A stretch of DNA of 64,000 nucleotides from an uncultured virus (IMG/VR IMGVR_UViG_3300035670_000104). Taxonomy: Duplodnaviria; Heunggongvirae; Uroviricota; Caudoviricetes. This document shows, piece after piece, positions 58,851 to 64,000 of the stretch (within the stretch, counting starts at the first letter, position 1; each line of letters opens with the position of its first letter). A program made the position numbers and the translations under genes. Below the pieces are notes generated by a model. That model did no database searches. It had not been told where the DNA came from and saw only the letters and a program-made list of their open reading frames with translations. The stretch lies in IMG/VR virus record IMGVR_UViG_3300035670_000104. The stretch is one strand, 5' to 3'.

Positions 58851-59133
58851 CTTTCACTTTCCTCACTTCTTCGGTGTAGTTAATCTTTTTCTTGTCCAGA
58901 ACTTCAATCTTGTTTGTGAGAGCTAAGTAGGACTTATTAGCAGTTTCAATCTGTTTACCAAGAGCATTCAATTGTACAGAAATTCTCTCCAGCTTTTCCT
59001 GCGTATTCTTTTGCTTTTGGTTGATAGCTGCAATCTCTTGGTTTTTTGCGTCAATCACTTTGTTGTTGTACACTATCATGCCTAGAAGCACTAGCGTCAC
59101 TACCAACAACACTTGAACCAATGTGTTCTTCAT
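58765..59133 (-). CDS. i-spanin
   Basis: N-terminal TM, coiled coil, LPDDVKRLL end. Confidence 0.8.
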   Translation of the reverse strand: MKNTLVQVLLVVTLVLLGMIVYNNKVIDAKNQEIAAINQKQKNTQEKLERISVQLNALGKQIETANKSYLALTNKIEVLDKKKINYTEEVRKVKDANEDTKKFLDRKLPDDVKRLLNDAVSE

Positions 59134-59425
59134 ATTTTAAAAGCCTTTCCACATCATCCTCTACAGAATCAATATACCTTCCAATTACACCTATCAGGAA
59201 AAGAAAGATTGCTAAAACAATCAACACTGTAAGTGACATGGGGACTACTCCTAGAGCCATTAACCCTGTTGTACTAACAGAGACTAAGAAGTTTCCAATT
59301 TGTATATGGGCAACATGTGAACGTATTGAGAGCTTTTGTTGCTCTTCTCTTTTACGAACACATGCTACAACTCTTGTATGGAGTAAATTGCGGAGTTGGC
59401 TAAAGCGTTTACCTAGCCAATCCAT
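59051..59425 (-). CDS. putative holin
   Basis: Hydrophobic segments; between endolysin and spanins. Confidence 0.5.
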   Translation of the reverse strand: MDWLGKRFSQLRNLLHTRVVACVRKREEQQKLSIRSHVAHIQIGNFLVSVSTTGLMALGVVPMSLTVLIVLAIFLFLIGVIGRYIDSVEDDVERLLKYEEHIGSSVVGSDASASRHDSVQQQSD

Positions 59426-59439
59426 AAACTTCCTCTCAA

Positions 59440-60117
59440 TTATTTAAGACAGAACCAAAGGAACTTCCAGCACTTCTCAACAGGAGCTTCAGGAGTGATA
59501 TCAGGTACGGAAATTTCAGGCTCAATTAGAGGCTCTGTAATCGTTGAAACAGGCTCACCCTCACCTACCCCTTGACTCATAGAAATAAGCGTTTCTGGAG
59601 CCTCCTGCTGCACTGAAAGGCTATTCAAAGCAGCATTAACTGTCTCATCTTTCCCAAGACAAACCTTTTGCTCATGCAGACGCCTATTTGTCAGCCCCTT
59701 TACGACAACGCCACCTGCCTTGTTCCATCTAGGTAATTCGTTGCAAGCACCAACCCTGTCTCCCGAATTTAGTTTCTTCAGGAGTGTAGAATTCTTGAAG
59801 TTTGTTTCTCCAACATTCCACACAAATGAAGTGTAAGCAACTTCCTCATAAGGCTTTAGCTCTACCTTGACATGTTTTTTCATTGCCTTGTTATAAGCTG
59901 TAAGCTCAGAGACAAGGGATTCTTCACACTGCTTGTCTGTGCGGTAGTCCCCCATCTTCACACCCTTAGTTTCACCAAAACAAATCGTAGCAACCCCAAC
60001 AATGTCTTTGTAGGCGTGGTTTTCCTTTCCCTCCCAGGGACTCACCAAGTAAGCACCAGAAACAGCAATTACAGAAGAAGCTCCTAGTAGAGAAAGTCTT
60101 TTCACTAAAGGGTTCAT
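59440..60117 (-). CDS. GH24 lysozyme, probable SAR endolysin
   Basis: WEG..YKDIVGVATICFGET (E-D-T triad), WNVG, GLTNRR; Ala/Gly/Ser-rich N-terminal anchor. Confidence 0.9.
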   Translation of the reverse strand: MNPLVKRLSLLGASSVIAVSGAYLVSPWEGKENHAYKDIVGVATICFGETKGVKMGDYRTDKQCEESLVSELTAYNKAMKKHVKVELKPYEEVAYTSFVWNVGETNFKNSTLLKKLNSGDRVGACNELPRWNKAGGVVVKGLTNRRLHEQKVCLGKDETVNAALNSLSVQQEAPETLISMSQGVGEGEPVSTITEPLIEPEISVPDITPEAPVEKCWKFLWFCLK

Positions 60118-60118
60118 G

Positions 60119-61168
60119 CTATACACCCACGGCAAACCAAATTACTTGTCCGGGAACGGGGCCTGTCGCACCGGCTGTTACGTATGAATTGGACACCGAC
60201 ATACCTGTTAAGGATAGTGATCCTGTCTGACCAACCTCTACAAAAGTTGTTTGTGTTAAATCTCCCTCACAACCAGAAAAGAACACCGCAGAGGTGAATG
60301 GCTTGTCAAAAGTGACAGAATCACCTACAAGACTTCCGCTATAGTTATGCCTACCCCAGTTTATAATAAGTCCTCCCGGTAGAACATAGTGACCCTTAGA
60401 GGCGGTCAAGTTTCTTTGGAAAAACGAGGCGATATCTACAGCATGTGTGTGCGAGGTAGCTGTGACTGTGTTCGTAGAGGTGGCAGTCAAGTGTCCTGGG
60501 GTTCCCAAGACAATAGACCTATCGGTTGATAGATTGCCACCCCCTGTAAGTCCATTACCTGCCAGAATGCTTCTGCTGTTTTGAACTGAGTTTACAATTC
60601 TAGTATCATCGCCAGCGGCCACGGTTCCTGCAGAATTTCCAACATTTAGTGTTGCAGAATTCCCTAGACCTAGGTTTGTTCTTGCTGTGGCCTTATTAGG
60701 TACATCTGAAAAATTACTACCTTTCAGAAGATACCTTCCATCATAGAACTCTGTTGTAGCAATACCTAAGTTAGTTCTGGCTAAAGCCTTGTCAGGGACA
60801 TCCGCAAGGTTTTGAGACTTAAGCAAAGCATTACCAGAAGCTTCAAAAGCAACTACCCAGTTGTTTGAAATATCAATCTCGGGATTAATATTGATGTGTG
60901 TTGTAAGTGCTCTGTATACAACCCCGGAAGTAGTCCCTTGAACATAAGATTTCCCTGCCTGGTATTCTACGGTAGAATCCCACAAAGGAATCCCCAATTG
61001 ATTCAGGTGCGCCAGCATAGCATCTTGACGATTCTGAATCCAGTTTTCATACTCGTGCGGTGGAATTTCAACAATCCAACCAGAGGATATTTTCGTACTT
61101 GCTGGGGCCAGCTTTACCCCTGTAGAAGCCCACACATTATTGAATTGTGGTTTTGTAAATAAAGGCAT
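60119..61168 (-). CDS. tail fibre protein
   Basis: ARTNLG repeats; LPGGLIINWG C-terminal domain; N-terminus paralogous to 61751-63208. Confidence 0.85.
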   Translation of the reverse strand: MPLFTKPQFNNVWASTGVKLAPASTKISSGWIVEIPPHEYENWIQNRQDAMLAHLNQLGIPLWDSTVEYQAGKSYVQGTTSGVVYRALTTHININPEIDISNNWVVAFEASGNALLKSQNLADVPDKALARTNLGIATTEFYDGRYLLKGSNFSDVPNKATARTNLGLGNSATLNVGNSAGTVAAGDDTRIVNSVQNSRSILAGNGLTGGGNLSTDRSIVLGTPGHLTATSTNTVTATSHTHAVDIASFFQRNLTASKGHYVLPGGLIINWGRHNYSGSLVGDSVTFDKPFTSAVFFSGCEGDLTQTTFVEVGQTGSLSLTGMSVSNSYVTAGATGPVPGQVIWFAVGV

Positions 61169-61485
61169 TAAAACTCCAATTCTCGAAATACATTTCTAAC
61201 AGTATCTGACGCGCCGGAAGCAATTACTTTGAAACGTGTTATCAGTGATTCCCGCATATCCTCATACGTTTCAGCCACTAGGAATGTCGGGTCTTTGGTG
61301 ATGTCTAAGAGGGCAGTACGTAGAACTGAACATTCTTCCCTTATAGCCTCATCCTGTGCGAATATTGCGATTCCTGACAAACGGCTCAGGAATGTGTCAC
61401 GAAGAGGGTTGAGAGCTGCCCTCACACGATCCCTAATTTGCTCAACATCCTCTAGCCGCAATACATCAACCTTGATGATACTCAT
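61168..61485 (-). CDS. putative tail fibre assembly protein
   Basis: Position; RTALLDITKDP motif. Confidence 0.55.
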   Translation of the reverse strand: MSIIKVDVLRLEDVEQIRDRVRAALNPLRDTFLSRLSGIAIFAQDEAIREECSVLRTALLDITKDPTFLVAETYEDMRESLITRFKVIASGASDTVRNVFRELEF

Positions 61486-61736
61486 TGCGCTCCTCCCTCT
61501 TCGAACACACCACCAACCCCAACACCGTCTGTTAACTCGGCAGTGTCTACAGTCCACGCCTCGCGCTGTGTGCGGTCGGTGGGAATTTCGGATGCGTTGA
61601 TGATTTTGTAAGGCTTGCCGGCTGGCACATCCTTTTGCGCAATGGCGTGGATGCCGTACTGCGCCAGCGCCTCGTCGGTTGGCCGCACGATGGCAGCCAC
61701 ACCGTTATCCTGCTTGTAAACAATAACCTGATTCAT
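61482..61736 (-). CDS. putative tail fibre assembly chaperone
   Basis: IAQKDVPAGKPYKI..PTDRTQREAW; directly follows fibre. Confidence 0.65.
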   Translation of the reverse strand: MNQVIVYKQDNGVAAIVRPTDEALAQYGIHAIAQKDVPAGKPYKIINASEIPTDRTQREAWTVDTAELTDGVGVGGVFEEGGAQ

Positions 61737-61750
61737 GTGCCGATCCTCAC

Positions 61751-63208
61751 TTAGCGAAACACAGCAAAAGAGACATATTCCGCGTCGAACGCCCCGCCGC
61801 TGGTGCCGGATTCGTAGCTGCATAGAATTTGGCATGCAGTCGTAGTTGTTGTGGCAGAACCCGTTGTCGGCTTCACGGAAGTGACGTTTGCAGTCCCTGT
61901 CCAGTTCGAGCAACTACCGATGGCCGCGTAATTTGCATCTGGCATCGCTGTCGTGAAGTTGATGGTGAACAGTCCAACGCCGTTGTCCGTAATGCTACTC
62001 ACATTGCCGCTGGAGCGAATTGCGGGCGTCCCGCCTGCGGCACCGAAGTTTACCCAGGCACGGCATGCATACACTGGCGCAGTACCTGTAGCATTAAAAG
62101 CTTGCCGGATTCCTAGAGGATCAACCGCTTTGTTCTGAACAATACCCGCTGCATTTTCGGAAGGACTGGAAAAAACAAACGAAGATGTTATAGCAGTTTG
62201 TACAAATGCTGTTGTGGCGATTCGCTCAGATGAGTCGCCTGAGTTTGCGGTCGGTGCATTCGGAGTTCCACTAAGTACAGGACTGTCTGAAAGAACTACA
62301 CTTCCTGTTCCCGAAGATGAAGTCGTCCCTGTACCACCCCTCGCCACTGAAAGAGTTCCAGTTGTGGTCGAGTTAATATCTTGTGTTCCGGTGTGGTTTG
62401 ACCTGTTAAGCAGGTAAGCCTCAGACTGATTCGTGTCTAGCGTCCAAGCTGCACCATTGAAGGTTTCTTTTTGTTTGGTCGTAGAGTTCCAACGTGTGTA
62501 CCCCTCTTGAGGGGACACATCTCTTTGACCTGTTGTACCAGAAGGGAGAATAAGACTCCCCGTGGCAGAAGTTTTCAGTACAGCGTTATTTAGTGCAGAG
62601 ACAGGGACAGTACCAGAACTGATTGAGGATGCGTTCAGACCTGCTATATTAAGGGTGGCATTACCACTGCCGTCAAACGAGGTGCTCCCTGAAGCACCCC
62701 CAGACAAGGTCAGGGTGATGCTATTTGTCCACTTGTCCGCAGCAGGGGCATTACCTGTAACAGACTTTAGAACAATTGAGTCTGCTGAGATTGTTGCAGC
62801 CGTTCCAAGACCGAGATTTGTTCTAGCATCTGTTGCTGTGGTTGCCCCGGTGCCGCCAGAAGAGATTGGCACTGTACCGTTGGGGGCAATAGTGACAGTC
62901 AGTTTTCTCCACGTAACTGTGTCTGTTGGCACAACACCTGTATTGTTTACAATTGAGATGTACAGGTTACTAGAATATGAGACAATCGACTTGTTTGCTA
63001 TGTACTCTTGAGCACTATCCCACTCGGGAACGCCTTTTTGTAGAAGATACGCAATTGAGGTATCATTTCTATTTTGCAGAAAATTCTCATACTGGTAGGG
63101 CATAAGCTCTTGAACCCAACCTGAAGAAATCTTGGCCGATCCAGGGGAGAAAAATTCTCCAGAGCTTGCCCAAATTTCGTTATAAACTGGTCTAATAATA
63201 TCAGCCAT
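61751..63208 (-). CDS. tail fibre protein
   Basis: GGTGATTA, PTAN..IATTAFV, CRAWVNF..NVSSITDNGVG tip domain. Confidence 0.88.
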   Translation of the reverse strand: MADIIRPVYNEIWASSGEFFSPGSAKISSGWVQELMPYQYENFLQNRNDTSIAYLLQKGVPEWDSAQEYIANKSIVSYSSNLYISIVNNTGVVPTDTVTWRKLTVTIAPNGTVPISSGGTGATTATDARTNLGLGTAATISADSIVLKSVTGNAPAADKWTNSITLTLSGGASGSTSFDGSGNATLNIAGLNASSISSGTVPVSALNNAVLKTSATGSLILPSGTTGQRDVSPQEGYTRWNSTTKQKETFNGAAWTLDTNQSEAYLLNRSNHTGTQDINSTTTGTLSVARGGTGTTSSSGTGSVVLSDSPVLSGTPNAPTANSGDSSERIATTAFVQTAITSSFVFSSPSENAAGIVQNKAVDPLGIRQAFNATGTAPVYACRAWVNFGAAGGTPAIRSSGNVSSITDNGVGLFTINFTTAMPDANYAAIGSCSNWTGTANVTSVKPTTGSATTTTTACQILCSYESGTSGGAFDAEYVSFAVFR

Positions 63209-63222
63209 TTAAATCCTTGTCC

Positions 63223-63963
63223 TTAAAAATAGGCGTTAGCAAAAATACCGCCATTAAACGGGAACGATAAACTCACCATGCCTTTTGCGCCAGGAGTGCC
63301 TAAGAACCCCAGTGTTCCTACTGAATCAAACTCCCCATATCCCATACCAACCCCAACGGGTTTTGGGTGATATGTGAATTGATAATTAACACCGTCAAAC
63401 ACATAAGCCATTAAGGCTTGTTCAAATAAGGTTAGTCTACGTCCAACAAGTACAGTAGAACTCCCAGAGTGATCGTTGGAAAAAGTTATTTTCGTGTCAA
63501 AAACAAAATTACCAAATCGTATGTAATCTTCGTTTGTCCCTCGTGAGTTGTTTTTGATAATCCGCGCCTTAATGATAAGTCTATATTGCTCATCATTAAG
63601 TGTTACATCTCCTCCGATTTTACCGCCATAGGAATACCAATAACCACCGACCTGATTGTTGTAATAAGTGCCAAAGCTATTAGCAACAAGATCACCCATA
63701 AATCCGAAGAAAGGATAAAGATCAGCATTAACTAGAATTCTTGGTTGACCAACAATTTCACCAATAATGTCCAACTGATTGCCCGTTGCACTATCAATGT
63801 CTCTCTTCTGCATTAAGTCTTGATTTACTGACATAGACTCTTGTATAGCACCGAGCAACAAATCAAGATATTTTTTGAAAACAGGTTTGTCTTCAAATTG
63901 GGTCGTTATTAGGTCACGAGACTCCGCCACAAAATCATTATATTCAAAAGGTATTAATGCCAT
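63223..63963 (-). CDS. baseplate wedge protein (DUF2612-like)
   Basis: ATGNQLDIIGEIVG, YRLIIKARIIKN, PKPVGV. Confidence 0.8.
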   Translation of the reverse strand: MALIPFEYNDFVAESRDLITTQFEDKPVFKKYLDLLLGAIQESMSVNQDLMQKRDIDSATGNQLDIIGEIVGQPRILVNADLYPFFGFMGDLVANSFGTYYNNQVGGYWYSYGGKIGGDVTLNDEQYRLIIKARIIKNNSRGTNEDYIRFGNFVFDTKITFSNDHSGSSTVLVGRRLTLFEQALMAYVFDGVNYQFTYHPKPVGVGMGYGEFDSVGTLGFLGTPGAKGMVSLSFPFNGGIFANAYF

Positions 63964-64000
63964 CGTCTATCCTTTTTAAATAACGGTTATATCAATATTT

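Noticed and set aside
1277..63011. Numerous antisense or nested ORFs in the six-frame track
   Set aside because: Shadows of well-supported genes, with no RBS or motifs.

Overview
64-kb segment of a lytic tailed dsDNA phage. Gene content and paired tail fibres resemble Felix O1/PAK_P1-type myoviruses (inference); host not determinable. No integrase, CRISPR array, tRNA or reverse transcriptase was seen. There are four transcription blocks. (+) 1-19.4 kb: PhoH, ClpP-like, PcfJ-like, two deaminases, SleB-like hydrolase, DNA ligase, RNA-repair genes. (-) 20.5-37.2 kb: promoter-dense pre-early-like region, family A DNA polymerase, intein-containing primase-helicase, RlmN/Cfr-like radical SAM enzyme, AEP-like protein. 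(+) 37.9-58.2 kb: SSB, GapR/DsbA-like, exonuclease, ThyX, NrdBA, glutaredoxin. (-) 58.2-64 kb: lysis cassette, tail fibres, baseplate. Most notable: (1) a recurring 'gene stub - HNH/AP2 endonuclease - intact diverged replacement gene' architecture (dCMP deaminase and nucleotidyltransferase, plus a mirror-image DNA-ligase remnant); (2) a promoter-driven, ~340-nt highly structured non-coding region at the 37.4-kb divergence point; (3) three dispersed ~90-100-bp elements resembling strong gyrase sites, in a genome that also encodes a GapR-like protein; (4) an RlmN-like enzyme apparently lacking the resolving cysteine. All calls come from reading motifs by eye; no database searches were run.
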